Shown here: one piece after another, positions 1 through 12,479 of the stretch
Position numbering within the stretch: the first letter of the stretch is position 1
Layout of the letters: each line of letters starts with the position of its first letter
DNA from: Chiloscyllium plagiosum
Taxonomy: Eukaryota
Direction of reading: 5' to 3'
Assembly: GCF_004010195.1 (NCBI RefSeq)
Contig: NC_057718.1
Location: forward strand, 84,381,586 to 84,445,585
DNA length: 64,000 bases
The notes under the pieces: generated by a model
What the model was told of the DNA's origin: nothing
What the model saw: the letters and a program-made list of their open reading frames with translations, nothing else
Database searches by the model: none
Position numbers and translations under genes: made by a program

Positions 1-475
1 AGGTGCACCATCGAGAACGTTCTGTCTGGATGTATCACTACCTGGTATGGCAACCGTACCATTCAAGATTGGAGACGGTTACAGAGAGTGGTGAACTCAA
101 CCCAGACAATCACAAAGGCCAATCTCCCATCTATAAAATCCATCCACTAGGCCCGCTGTCAAGGAAAGGTCGCGAACATTTTCAAAGATCCATCCCACCC
201 TGGCAATGCTTTTCTACAACCTCTACCATCAGGGAGAAGGTACAGAAGCCTGAACATATGCACCAGCTGGTTTTGAAACCGTTTCTACCCTACTGTTGTT
301 AGGATACTGAATGGACTCTCAAAATCTTAGCATTCGTTTGTACCTGTTTTTGTTTTGCCACTGTTTATCTATTATTACTTAGCTATGCTATTTAACTATG
401 TGATTTGCCTGTATTGCTTGCAAGACAAAGCTTTTCACCGTGCCTCGGTACAAGTGACCATTAACTTCAATTCAA
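1..475 (+). mobile_element. Rex1/Babar-type LINE, 3' end (ORF C-terminus plus 3' UTR)
   Basis: Frame 1 reads RCTIENVLSGCITTWYGN...LQRVVNS, typical of the Rex1/Babar C-terminus; ends in a short TTCAA-like tail near 466-475. Confidence 0.7.
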
Positions 476-621
476 GAGTTTCATTAAAACCCTTCTGCTT
501 TGAGCACCTGTATCAATTCTCCCTGAACCTTCTATGCTTGAAACAGAACAATCCCAGTTTCCACAATCTCTCCACCACCTGAATTGTAATATTGCTCAGC
601 ATTGTTATATATTTGCCTTAC

Positions 622-776
622 CTTGTCAAATCCTTTCAAGCCACCATGTATACTGTTTGGCCCATTATTAATGGGCAGCTGATATTCCTTTCCATCAATA
701 CTAAATTTCCCTCCTGCAATTCGATTTGCAACACGGCCAATCACTGCCCCAAAGTATGGATGCTTGTTAATATAAC
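622..776 (-). CDS. GALM: Galactose mutarotase (aldose 1-epimerase), coding exon 2
   Basis: Encodes [52 protein letters not shown]. Acceptor TTTACAG (AG at 778-777), donor GTAAGG from 621. 155 nt; phase fits exon 1. Confidence 0.96.
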
Positions 777-1429
777 CTGTAAACATAATTTAAACAAGTT
801 ATCATCCAGGAGTGAGTGATTTTGACTTCTTAATACTTTTTTGCACTTTACAAATTACATTGACACTCAATCGAATTTTGTTAGTTTCTTCCTCTCTAAA
901 ATTGTTACTGTTTTCCAATGTCTTTTGGAACGAGCAATAACAACCCAAGTTTATAAAGCATTTTTAATGTATTCAGACATCTAACATATCTCACAGGAGC
1001 ACTGTAAACTGTCTGACTTGTTGCTCTGTCCTGTTCAAAGAGGCAATGGGCCAGATCATCTTGACATTATATTCCATCTGCCAATTTGTTGTTCATTAGC
1101 TCAACCTGACTATATTCCTTTACAGATGTTTGTCATCCTCACCACTTGCTTTCCCAATTACTTTGGGTCATCCACAACTTGATGATAGTTCATTCATTTA
1201 CCTCAGCCAAGTCATTAATATATACTGTAAATACCTGTGGTCCCAGCACTGTTCCCTGTGGCACACTGCTGGTAACAGATTGTCATTGTGAAATGCTACC
1301 CTTACGCCAGGGCCTGGAATAATGATGGAGGAGGTAAAACTACACTGTCTCTGAGCATTTTGCTTTGACTGCGCGGGAGGGGGAAGAACAGGATGACATC
1401 AGATTGATCTCTTTCCTCAGTATCTCCCT

Positions 1430-3200
1430 GGGTCCCACACCCCTACCTTACTAGTTTAAACCCTCCCGAGCAGCTCTAGCAAGTCTCCCTGCCAGTATTT
1501 TAGTCCCCTTCCAATTCTGGTGCAATCCATCCTTCTTGTACAGGTCACTTCTACCCCAGAAGAGATTCCAATGATCCAAAAATGTGAATCCTTCTCCCAG
1601 ATACCAGCTCCTCAGCCATGCATTCATCTGCTCTATCATCCTATTCCTGTCATCACTAGCTCGCAGCACAGGGAGTAATCCAGATATTACTACCCTCAAG
1701 GATCACCTTTTTAAGTTCCTACCTAAACTCTATATTCTCCCTTCAGAATCTCATCATTTTCCATTCCTGTGTCATTGGTTCCAATGTGTACAATGACCTC
1801 CTGATGGGCCCTTTCCCCCTTGAACATTCTGCACCCTCTCCGGTGATCCTGGCACCGGTGAAGCAACACACCATTCTGATTTTTCGCTGCTGGCCACAGA
1901 AACATCTGTCTGTACCTCGGACTAGAGAGTCTCCTAACATAATTGATCTCTTGGAACCAGATGTACCCCTCATTAAATTAGAGCCAGTCTTGATACCAGA
2001 AACTTGGCTGTTCAGGCTACATTCCCCTGAGAATCCATCACCCCCTATCTTTTCCAAAATAGCATACTAGTTTGAAATGGGGATAGCCATAGAAGACTCC
2101 TGCACTACCTGCCTACCTCTTTTACCTTTCCTGGAGTTAATCCATCTATGTGACTGTATCTGCACCTTTTCTCGCTTCCTGTAACTGCCACCCATCACAC
2201 CCCCTTGCTCTTGTAAATTCCTCATTGCCTCTAACTATCTCTCCAACCGATCCATTCGATCTGACAGGGTTTGCAACCAATGATATTTATTGTAGATATA
2301 ATCCTCAGCAACATGTAAACTCTCCCTATACTCCCACATCCGTCAAGAAGAGTATATCACTCTACTAAGGGCCATTTTTGCTTATTTTAATCTACAGATC
2401 TAGAAAATAGCACTGCCTTATTCTTCTGCTCCAGGCTAACTTAATATGGGGCAGCATGGTGGCTCAGTGGTTAGCACTGCTGCCTCACAGCACCAAGGAC
2501 CCAGATTCGATTCCAATCATGGGCGACTGTCTGTGTGGAGTTTGCACATTCTCCCTGTGTCTGCATGGGTTTCCTCTGGGTGCTCCGGTTTCCCCTCTCA
2601 GTCCAAAGATGGGCAGGTCAGGTGAATTGGCCATTCTAAATTGCCCATAGTGTTAGGTGCATTTGTCAGAGGGAAACAGGTCTGGGTGGGCTACTCTTCA
2701 GAAGGTCAGTGTGGAGTTGTTGGGCCGAAGGGCCCGTTTCCACAGTGCAGGAATGTAATCTAACTTAAAAAATATAAGCTATAAGTATTAAGTTAATCAA
2801 GAGACATATCTCAATACAACACATAAATCAAGAAAGAACCCACTCTACTCACTATTGCAGACTTATTGTTAGGCCACAGTTAAAAATATTCACTTATCTG
2901 TTTCTGTGCTGTGACCTCTCCCAAACAGATTCCTTCAAGATCAGTTGTGAATTTCACTGTTTGTTAGCCTCTCGCTCTCTTGCGCTGCCTGACCATGTGC
3001 TGCCTTTGTCTGTTCCTCTCCCTTTTAAAAGTGCTGTTATTTTGACTGTTTTTTTCCTCAAGTTCCAATACAATGCAACAGTATTTAAAACAGTAATTGC
3101 TGCTCCTGGAATTTAAGGAAATCACCTCCAACACCTAAAATACCTCAAAAAAAAAGAGCAGCCTGTTAGAGCCAGAATTTTTTCCTGTCATCCATCTTGG
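1430..3200 (-). mobile_element. CR1-clade LINE 5' part (ORF1 SGNH/GDSL esterase and 5' UTR), interrupted by a SINE
   Basis: ORFs 1743-2057 (MLGDSLVRG) and 1451-1699 (DHWNLFWGRSDLYKKDGLH) are frameshifted pieces of the CR1 ORF1 esterase. The 5' UTR extent is approximate. Confidence 0.8.
2448..2762 (+). mobile_element. Shark HE1-like tRNA-derived SINE
   Basis: Head GGGCAGCATGGTGGCTCAGTGGTTAGCACTGCTGCCTCACAG with A and B boxes, conserved body, TAATCTAA tail. Confidence 0.85.
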
Positions 3201-3229
3201 ATTACCCAGAATCCATCTTCCCAATAATG

Positions 3230-4980
3230 AACATTAAGGTAACTAGCCTTTGTTACCGGTTTTTATTCACTATTTCAATGAAGATGCTATATTTTCAGTT
3301 TTCCAATCTTCTGATTTGATTCCTACAAAGATTACTATTCATATATCCATTATCTCTGTAGCTACTTCCTTTAATATCCTGGGACACATGCAAACAGAAC
3401 CATGAGAGTTATCAATCTTTAGCCCCTTTAGTTTCCAAAGCACTTTTTCTCTAGTGATAGTTATTGCACTTATTTTATCTCGTAAATATTTAGTAATTTT
3501 AGAATGCTCTTAACATTTTCTACTGTGAAGACTGAATTGACGTATTTATTCAACTTCTCCACATTTCCTGGTTCCTCATTATTTCCCAAGCCTCATTCTT
3601 GATGGGGGCCTATGTTTATTTTGGCTTCCCTCTTCCTTTTTGTTTATTTGAAGAAGCTCTTGATGTTACTTGCAAGTTTACCCTCCAAGTTTATTTGCTC
3701 CCACTTAATTTATTTTTAGTCAGTTTTATTTGAAATTTCCCAATCCTCTGCTTACTATTAACCTTTGTGTGCTTTTTGTTCATGTGATAATATGATGCTT
3801 GTTAACATTCTGGTTAACCATAGTCAGTTTATCCCCTTTTCAAAATCCTTCTGCCTCACTGGAATATGTATCTGATGTGAGGTATGAACTAATTTCTTAA
3901 ACATTTGCCAGTGTCTGTCCTCAGCTGATTTTACTGCTAAACTCCTTTAGCAGTAAAGTTCACTCCAGTCAGCTCTGCTCATTCCTTTCCAATTGCCCTT
4001 TTTCAACCATAGCAGTGTTGCTTCCAGCCCAAGTTCTCAAACAATTGCTAAATTCTGCATTTTATGGGTCCCTGCTTCCAAGTGGATCTTTTACACTAAG
4101 ATTACTTATTAAATCTGCCTCATACACATCACCAGATCCAAAACATCCTTTCCTGGATCCACAACATACTGTATTGTTCCAGGAAACTGTGCTGAACAGC
4201 ATCGGAATTCTTCATGACTTCCTCGGCCAATCGGACTCTTCCAATCTACGTTAAGGTTAAAGTTACCCATGATTAATGGGTTTGTTACATGCCCTCATTT
4301 TCTCCTGATTTTATTCAGTGTCCCACTATAAAGCTACTGTTAGGAAGCTTACAGATTACTTCTCTACCAATATCTTCTTTCCCTTTTCACTTATCTCTAC
4401 CCATATGGATTCTACATCTTCCAATCAAAGTTCATTTCTTGCTATTGTATTTACTCCATCCCATATTAACAATGCTATCTACCACATTCCTTCTGTTGTG
4501 TCCTTTTGAAAAGTCACATTCCACAAATATTTACTTCATATCTTTGATCTCCTTGTAATCATGTCTCTGTAATGGTTATAAGCTCATACTTGTTAACCTG
4601 TATTTGTACAGGTTAATTAATCTATTCTGTCTTCAACATTATGCAGGTTCAAGGAAAGAGCCATCAATTTTGCCTTTTACCAATTTTCCCTCTTTGACCT
4701 TATTTTGTTACTGTCACTTCCTGTCCCACTCTGGGTATTGTCATCCAAATAACTGCCCTACAATGTCACCAAATTCTGGGTGCTAAGTCTACATTTCCCC
4801 TCTCCCAAAAACTCCCCCACTCTGGTTTCAAGCTCTCTGTACAGCACAGTTCAAGTGAAACCTATCATGTCCAAACTCCACCACCCCACCCCACTGATCT
4901 CCAGCATGGCAGGCCTCCTTAGTCCGTTTGCCCATGGCTCAAGTAATAATCCAGAGGTTATCTTGGATGTTCTGCTTTCT
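3230..4980 (-). mobile_element. Old, degraded CR1-like LINE fragments
   Basis: Degenerate CR1-like sequence; 4860-4970 resembles the CR1 ORF1 stretch at 1620-1710. No intact ORF. Confidence 0.5.
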
Positions 4981-5437
4981 AGTTGAAACTTTATTGCTGG
5001 AACAGCACAGCAGGTCAGGCAGCATCCAGACCTGCTGTGCTTTTCCAGCAATAAAGTTTCAACTTTGATCTCCAGCATCTGCAGACCTCACTTTCTCCTG
5101 TTCTGCTTTCTAATTTAGCTTCCAACTACTCCAAGTCTTTCAGCAAAGCCTCTTTTCTCTCCAGTCCTACCAGTGTCACTGTACTATGTGGATGACTATT
5201 GGATTCCTTCCCTCTCCAAACTTTTCTTCAGTAGAGAAGAAGCTGCCTTAATCCTGGCACTATGCAGGCAACACAACCTTTGGGCCTCTTGCTCATGGAT
5301 ACAGGAACCAGTATCTATTCTCCAATGATATTGTTCCCTACCACAATGACATTCTTATTTCCTTCCCCCACTTCAATACAGCTACCATGGTCAGTTCTCT
5401 CATACTCCCTGAAGTCCCCATTCTTGGCTGGATAACT

Positions 5438-5530
5438 GTATGGGTGGGTTGCGCTTCGGCGGGTCGGTGTGGACTTGTTGGGCCGAAGGGCCTGTTTCCA
5501 CACTGTAAGTAATCTAATCTAATCTAATCT
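5438..5530 (+). mobile_element. 5'-truncated HE1-like SINE with (AATCT)n tail, flanked by an ~85-bp direct duplication
   Basis: SINE 3' end GGGCCGAAGGGCCTGTTTCCACACTGTAAGT(AATCT)4. Flanks 5353-5437 and 5528-5612 differ at one base. Confidence 0.85.
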
Positions 5531-6099
5531 TATTTCCTTCCCCCACTTCAATACAGCTACCATGGTCAGTTCTCTCATGCTCCCTGAAGTCCCCATTCTT
5601 GGCTGGATAACTTGCAAGAACCTCCAAACCCAACTGTCAAGACTAAGGACACGTTTTTAAAGGTCAGGAGAAAGATTTTAAAAAGACACCAGGGGCAAAA
5701 AGATCAGAGAGAGAAAAAAAATACACTAAAGGAACTGCAGATGGTGGAAATCAGAAACAAAAAAACCAAACTGCTTCTAGTAGGATTAGGAAATAATATG
5801 TTGTGGATCCAGGAAGGGATAATTTGGATCTGGTGATGTGTATGAGGCAGGTTTAATAAATGTTAGTGCAAATGACACACTTGGAAGCAGGGACTACAAA
5901 ATGTAGGATTTAGCAATCCGCTTAAGAACTTGGTCTGTCCACAGATGCTGCCAGACCTGCTGAGTTTTTCTAACAATTCCTGTTTCTGTTTGAGAAGCCG
6001 AGAGTTGTAGACAGAGCATTGCAGAGCTTAAATTGGAATTTCTTCACAAGTAGACTATTTTGTTTTTAAATAAGTATGCGAAGGCCCGGTTTGTTTTGC

Positions 6100-6650
6100 C
6101 TCATGAGCGGCGACAAAACTCTCCACTCTGGGGAGCTAGCGGCTGAGTGTGAAGGCCTTGCGGTCAGTCGGTAGGTGTCCGCTAGCCCACCTTGCAAGTG
6201 ATCGAAGCCCAGGACGATGTCTGCCAGTTCTCCGTGCCGGTCCCCGGTCTCCAGGCTGGTTAGAATGCCTCCGAAGCTCAACACTGACAGCTTCACCGAG
6301 TCGGAGCGCAGCGTGAACCGGTGAACCAGCCGCCCGTCCGGCAGCGTCCCGAACACATCGCGACTGACCTCGGCCATAGTCCGAGCGGCCGCGCGGCGTT
6401 TCTGCCGGAGTCACTCAGCAAACCCGGAGGCCGCGGCTGATCGACGAAGGCCTTCCCTCGCCTTATTCTCCACTCCTTAGTGAGCAGATGTGGCAACTCC
6501 CGACTTAGGTCGTAAACAAAAAGTTCATTCGGGATTTTGCAAATTCCAGTTTTCGGTTTAACTTTGCGCTTTTTGCCGTTTTCTTATTCTCGACATTTAA
6601 ACTGTACGGCGGGATCAGCCGTGTCGCTTGCCGTCCAAAACCAGATCCCG
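6100..6650 (-). promoter_or_regulatory. CpG island / GALM promoter region
   Basis: High GC and CpG density around the first exon, in contrast to CpG-poor flanks. Confidence 0.75.
6191..6377 (-). CDS. GALM: Galactose mutarotase, coding exon 1
   Basis: Encodes MAEVSRDVFGTLPDG...GELADIVLGFDHLQ plus one G; donor CAAG|GTGGGC at 6190. 187 nt (phase 1), joins exon 2 as Gly-Tyr. Confidence 0.96.
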
Positions 6651-6961
6651 CCAGCACTCTCTGTCCTTGGGCCCCTATTTCCTGGCTGAGCTGGGAGGGC
6701 AGAGTCTACCTGCAAAAAGGGTTCCCTACATTGATTTAATTTATTCACAAGATTGCTCACAAAGTCTGCCACTTATTGCTTTGCTTCCCCTCCTAATTGC
6801 CCACGTGCCATGACCATATCAAATAGTTGTGAAATGGTAACCTCAGGATGTTGATAGTGGGATGGACCGTGTTGCTATTAGCTGATTAGACGATGATTAG
6901 AATCTGTCTTGCTGCAGATGGTCATTGCCTAGAAATTGGGTGGTGTGAATATTATAGTCAT

Positions 6962-7250
6962 GATTAGATTCCCTACAGTGTGGAAACGAGCCCTTCAGCC
7001 CAACAAGTCTACACTGGCCCTCCGAAGAGTAACCCACCCAAACCCATTTCCCTTTGACTAATATACCTAACACTACAGGCAATTTTGCATGGCCAATTCA
7101 CATCTTTGGACTGTGGGAGGAAACCGGAGCACACCCACGCAAACACTGGGAGAATGTGCAAACTCCAGATAGACAGTCACCCAAGGTTGGAATTGAACCT
7201 GGACCCCTGGCGCTATGAGGCAGCAGTGCTAGCCACTGTGCCATCCATGC
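6962..7250 (-). mobile_element. HE1-like SINE
   Basis: Reverse complement of the SINE head (GGCAGCAGTGCTAGCCACTGTGCC) and of the tail (GATTAGATTCCCTACAGTGTGGAAAC). Confidence 0.85.
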
Positions 7251-7344
7251 TGTTGTAGAGGTCAGCAGCACAGGAAAAAAAGTCATTCAATCCATTACTT
7301 GCTACTTACCAACTCAATCCTGAATGTTGTCCAGGTATTTCCAC

Positions 7345-8625
7345 ATATGTGGAGGTGCTGGTGTTGGACTGGAGTGCACAAAGTTAAAAATCACACAACA
7401 CCAGGTTATAGTCCAACAGGTTTGTTTGAAAGTACAAGCTTTCAGAGCATTACTCCTTCGTCAGGTAGCTGGTGGAGTAGGATCATAGGACACAGAATTT
7501 ATAGCAAAAAAAATCATCATTCCATACACTAATGCGATGTATTGAACAAATATAGATTGATATTAAGTCTTTCATCTTTTAGAATGGGTTGCAGGTTTCG
7601 ATTCATTAGTAAGTAAATCCCACAACATCTTTCAAGTCAGATTCCAGAGACAACTTAAGGCTTTAATTTTTAAAAGTGATTTCTCAACTCAGACAATGAT
7701 AACCTCACAATGCTGCACTTCATTAGCTTCTGCCTTAAACTTATTCAAACAGCCATCCCCTATGGACAAGCCCTAAACATACACAGGATCTGTTCAGATG
7801 AGGAGGAATGCGATACACACCTGATGTGCTGAATTCGCCCTCATAAGAACAGGATACAATGTTCAACTCATCGATCACCAGTTCCAACGTGCCGCACTGA
7901 GAAATCACAATGATCTCCTCAGGAGACAGACATGGGATGCAACCAATGGGGTACTCTTCATTGTCCAGTATTTCCTAGAGAGAAGAAACTATGCCATGCT
8001 GTTGGTGTACGACAGTTGGCATTCTGTGTCCCCGATGTACTGTATCCGTTGCTCTCAATGTGGTCTCCCCTACATTTGGGAGACAGGACGCCAACTTGCG
8101 AAATGTTTCAGAGAACATCTCTGGGGCACATACACCACTTCCCTGTGGCCGATCACTTCAACTTCCCCTCCTACTCCACCAAAGACATGCAAGTCCTGGG
8201 CCTCCTCCACTGCTAGACCTTAGCCACCTGATGACTGGAGGAAGAACACCTCATCTTCTGACTTAGACGATCCAAACACACAAAATCAATGTCAATTTCA
8301 CCAGTTACCTCATCTCCCCTCCATCTTATCCCAGCTCCAACCTTTCAACTCAGTACTGCCATTTTGAACTGTCCAACCTGTCCATCTTCCTTCACACCTA
8401 TCCGGCCTAACCTTCACTCTGACCTTTCACCATCACCCCTCACCTTCATCTACCTATCGCATTCCCAGATACCTTTACCCCAGCCCCACCCCCTCCCATT
8501 TACATCTCAGCCCCTTTGGACCGCCGCGCATTCCTGATGAAGGGCTTATGCTCGAATCATTGACTCTCCTGCTCCTTGGATGATGCCTGACTGGCTGTGC
8601 TTTTCCAGCTACACACTTTTTGACT
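7345..8625. mobile_element. Composite Penelope-like element fragments (terminus, RT/GIY-YIG remnants, hammerhead-like 3' end)
   Basis: Same terminus as 9830 and 33217. YCIRCSQCGLPYIWETGRQL is GIY-YIG-like. CTGATGAAGGGC...CGAA near 8535. Confidence 0.7.
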
Positions 8626-8964
8626 CCATTATAGTGGACTCACTGTCCAGCTTGTCCTGGACAGTAAAGTGTGGAATGGCACTGAGAGCTTCTTCAGTGA
8701 AAATGTTCTCCAACATGTTGAGTTTAAGCTAGTGCCTCATCCACCTTTCCATTTGCCTGCTGAATTTACTAATGTTTCTCACTACCTTTATCCTCAAGTG
8801 GGCTGATTTAGTTGCTGCTAAAGCTGTTGATTTCTTGGTTCCTTCATACATCCCTCTAGCATCTCTGATCTAGCAGATCATGTGCTGTGCAAAGTTTTAA
8901 ACAACACTGATTGGCTCAGTTAAAAATAACCGAAAGAATTAGAGATGCTGGAAAAAACAAAAAC

Positions 8965-9235
8965 CCCCCAGGGACCTGGGTTCTATTCCGGCTTTGACTG
9001 TCTGTGTGAAGTTTGCACATTCTCCCAGCGTCTGCGGGGGTTTCTTCCGGGTGCTCCAGTTTCCTCCCACAGTCCAAAGATGTGTGGGTTAGGTGAATTG
9101 GCCATGCTAAATTGCCCATAGTGTTGGGGCATTAGTAAGAGGTTAAATATAGGGGTCTGGGTGGGTTACTCTTTGCAGGTTCGGTGTGGATTTGTTGGGC
9201 CAAAGGCCCTGTTTCCACACTGTAGGGAATCTAAT
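8965..9235 (+). mobile_element. HE1-like SINE, 5' truncated
   Basis: SINE body and GGGAATCTAATC tail. Confidence 0.8.
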
Positions 9236-9829
9236 CGTAAGGCTCAGCCAGTCTGGCAGCATTTGTGGAGAGAAATCAGAGTTAATGTTACGGTCAGAGT
9301 GATGTTGGAAAAGCACAGCAGGTCAGGCAGAATCCAAGGAGCAGGAAAATTGATGTTTTGGGCAAAAGTCCTTCATCAGGAATAGAAGCAGGGAGCTTTG
9401 ACAAAGGGTCCGTTAGACTCGAAACGTCAGCTCTTATCTCTCCTTACAGATGCTGTCAGACCTGCTGTGATTTTCCAGCATTTTCTCTTTTGGTTTTAGA
9501 GAGCCTCCAGGGTGGAGAGATAAATGAGGGGGGTGGGGCTAGGGAAAAGGTAGCAAAGAATACAATAGGTGAATGGGGGTGGGGATGGAGGTGATAAGTC
9601 AGAGGGGATGGTGGAGGGGATAGGTGGGAAGGGAGATTGGCAGGTAGGACAGGTCATAAGGACAGTGCTGAGCTGGAAGGTTGGAACTGGGTAAGCTGGT
9701 GGAGGGGAAATGAGGAAACTGCTTCGGGTCCAGTGACTCTGCCGCAGAACTGAGGACAATTAGGAAATGTCAATTTTTTTTTTAAATGCAGAAGATAGGG
9801 TGGGTGGATATTGTAAGGAGTAAATAATA

Positions 9830-11258
9830 ATGATTTGGAGATGCTGGTGTTGGACTGGGGTGTACAAAGTTAAAAATCACACAACACCAGGTTATAGTCC
9901 AACAGGTTTAATTGGAAGCATACTAGCTTTCGGAGCAACGCTCCTTCATCAGGTGGTAGTGGAGGGCTCAATCCTAACACACAGAATTTATAGCAAATAT
10001 TCACAGTGTGATGTAACTGAAATTATACANNNNNNNNNNNNNNNNNNNNNNNNNNNNNNNNNNNNNNNNNNNNNNNNNNNNNNNNNNNNNNNNNNNNNNN
10101 NNNNNNNNNNNNNNNNNNNNNNNNNNNTGTTTAGATTGATTCTAATCTAAAAAGTGAGATAACGGAGTTTTACATAAATTCATGCAGTTTTTGAGCAAAG
10201 TACAATGTAACCCTGCAAGTACAAATTGACCCCACAAAATCTATGTGTGCATGTGGGTCTTTGTCTGTCTGTCTGTCTGTGTGTCTGTCGTGTGCGTGTG
10301 TGCGTGTGTGTGTCTGGGTTGGGGGTTGTGAGTGTGAGAAAGTATGTGTGAGTGTAGTGAGTGCAGAGTGTCTTAAGTCTGTGAGGGGGTGCATGTGAGT
10401 GTGGGAGTGTGTGTGTCTGTAAGGGTGTGTGTGTGTGTGTATGTGTGGGTGTCTGTGCGCGCGTCTTTGTGTATGTGTGAATAGGAGGGCCTGTGTATGT
10501 GTGAGAGTGTGTGTGTATAGTGCAATGGTGGTCACCTGTAATGTGACATGAAACCAAGGTCCCGGTTGAGGCCCTCCCTATGAGTACTGAACTTAGCTAT
10601 CAGCCTCTGCTCGGCCACTTTTCTCTGCTGCCTGTCCCGAAGTCCACCTTGGAGGATGGTCACCCAAAGGTCCGAGGCTGAATGTCCTGGACCACTGAAG
10701 TGTTCCCCAACTGGGAGGGAACCCTCCTGTCTGTTGATTGTTGTGCGGTGCCCATTCATCCATTGTTGTAGCCTTTGCTCAGTTTCCCCAATGCACTATG
10801 CCTCCGGGGTTACATTGTACTTTGCTCAGAAACTGCATGCATTCATGTAGAACTCTGAGCTCAAAAACTGCATGAATTTATGTAAAACTGTTATCTCATT
10901 TTTTATATTAGAATCAATCTAAACATCATGGCATAGATGGAGAACACAGGGGGCCAACACCTTCAATATATTGTCTAGCTATCACCATTGTTAACAGCTA
11001 ACCCGAGAATGCAACATTTTTTAAAAAAAGGTTTTGTGATTTACACATGAAAGAAGTGAAACTATCACTGTATTCTAACAGATGAAAGGCTTAACAGACA
11101 ATCAATTTTTCAATGTATAATTTCAGTTACATCACACTGTAAATTTTTGCTATAAATTCTGTGTTAGGATTGAGCCCTCCACTACCACCTGATGATGGAG
11201 CTTCGCTCCGAAAGCTAGTGTGCTTCCAGTTAAACCTGTTGGACTATAACCTGGTGTT
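9830..11258 (-). mobile_element. Penelope-like element with inverted terminal copies, GT-rich tract and GIY-YIG C-terminal remnant
   Basis: ORF 10532-10759 (HRTTINRQEGSLPVGEHFSGPGHS...EQRLIAKF...GLNRD) resembles the GIY-YIG C-terminus. 9884-10029 and 11115-11258 are inverted copies. GAGTAAATAATA flanks both ends. Contains the gap at 10030-10127. Confidence 0.8.
10260..10520. repeat. Imperfect (GT)n/(GTCT)n microsatellite inside the Penelope-like element
   Basis: Directly visible in the sequence. Confidence 0.9.
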
Positions 11259-11924
11259 GAGTAAATAATAGGTGGAGATAGAGCCCAAAGAGAGAAAACG
11301 ATAGTTGGCGTGGGTAACGATCAGGCTCGGAGGGTGAATAGCTGCTAATGTAGACTGTTTTGACTAACAATGGGCTGTGTGTAATAGCAGACAATGTGAT
11401 AACAAGGCCTGGAGTGTGGGGATTGGAGTAAGGACATGGAGACAGTGCCTCAAACTTGAAAATTATTGAACTTGATATTGAGTCCTGAAGGCTATTGAGT
11501 TCCCAAGTGAAAAATGAGGTGCTGGACCCCGTGTCCCCACCTAATGCATTAAAAGAATAACATTTTGCTAACTGCCATCAGTCTGAGGAAGGGTCACTGG
11601 ACCCGAAACGTTAACTCTGATTTCTCTCTACAGATGCTGCCAGACCTGCTTTGCTTTTCTAGCAATTTCTGTTTTTGTTCCTGACTTGCTCAATGCTGTG
11701 CACTCTACTCAGACTTGACTTTGAAAGCATCTAGAATTTGTTTGCCGCGGATCTGCTTATAGATCATGAGGATTCTCATCTTGGTTTCAGTCACTGGTTC
11801 CATTTCCATCCAATTAATCTCATACCAGTCAGCAGTGAGTCAAGACTTTTAGATGCAGTTGTGCGCAGGTGATCACATTTTGGGACTGCATCTTGGCTTT
11901 CAGTGTAGTTGTCCAAAACAGATT

Positions 11925-12460
11925 AGAGTCATAGAGATGTACAGCACGGAAACAGACCCTTCGGTCCAACTCGTCCATGCTGACCAAATTTCCTAAATTA
12001 CCCTGCTCCCATCTGCCTTCCTTTGACCTATATCCCTCTAAACCCTTCCTATTCATATACCCATCCAAATGTCTTTTAAATGTAGCAATTGTACTAGCCT
12101 CCACCACTTCCTCTGGCAGCTCATTCCATACACGCACCACCCTTTGCTTGAAAATGTTGCTCCTTCAGTCCCTTTTAAATCTTTTACCTCTCATCCTAAA
12201 TCTACACCCTCTAGTTCTGGACTCCTCCACCCCAGGAAAAAGACCTTGCTTATTTACCTAATCTATATATCTTTTGATTTTATAAACCTCCTATAAGGTC
12301 ACCCCTCAGCCTCCGATGCTCGAGAGAAAACAGCCCAGCCTATTCAGCCTCTCCCTATAGCTCAAATCCTCCAACCCTGGCATCACCTTTATAAATTTTT
12401 TCTGAACCCTTTCAAGTTTCACAACATCCCTCCTGGGGAGACCAGAATTGCGCACAATAT
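11925..12460 (-). mobile_element. CR1 (HER1-like) LINE 3' end
   Basis: Encodes VVKLERVQKKF...LSYRERLNRL and VRVWNELPEEVVEA; CR1 tail. Confidence 0.85.
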
Positions 12461-12479
12461 TCCAACAATTTTCTTGAGC

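Noticed and set aside
6066..6190. C-terminal extension of the GALM exon-1 ORF, and similar extensions at 532-621, 39262-39324 and 61819-61949
   Set aside because: Intronic read-through beyond clear splice sites; homology stops at the junctions.
10170..10557. His/Thr-rich ORFs, or a CA-repeat hnRNP L autoregulatory site
   Set aside because: These are microsatellite translations, and the tract is intergenic, outside both genes.
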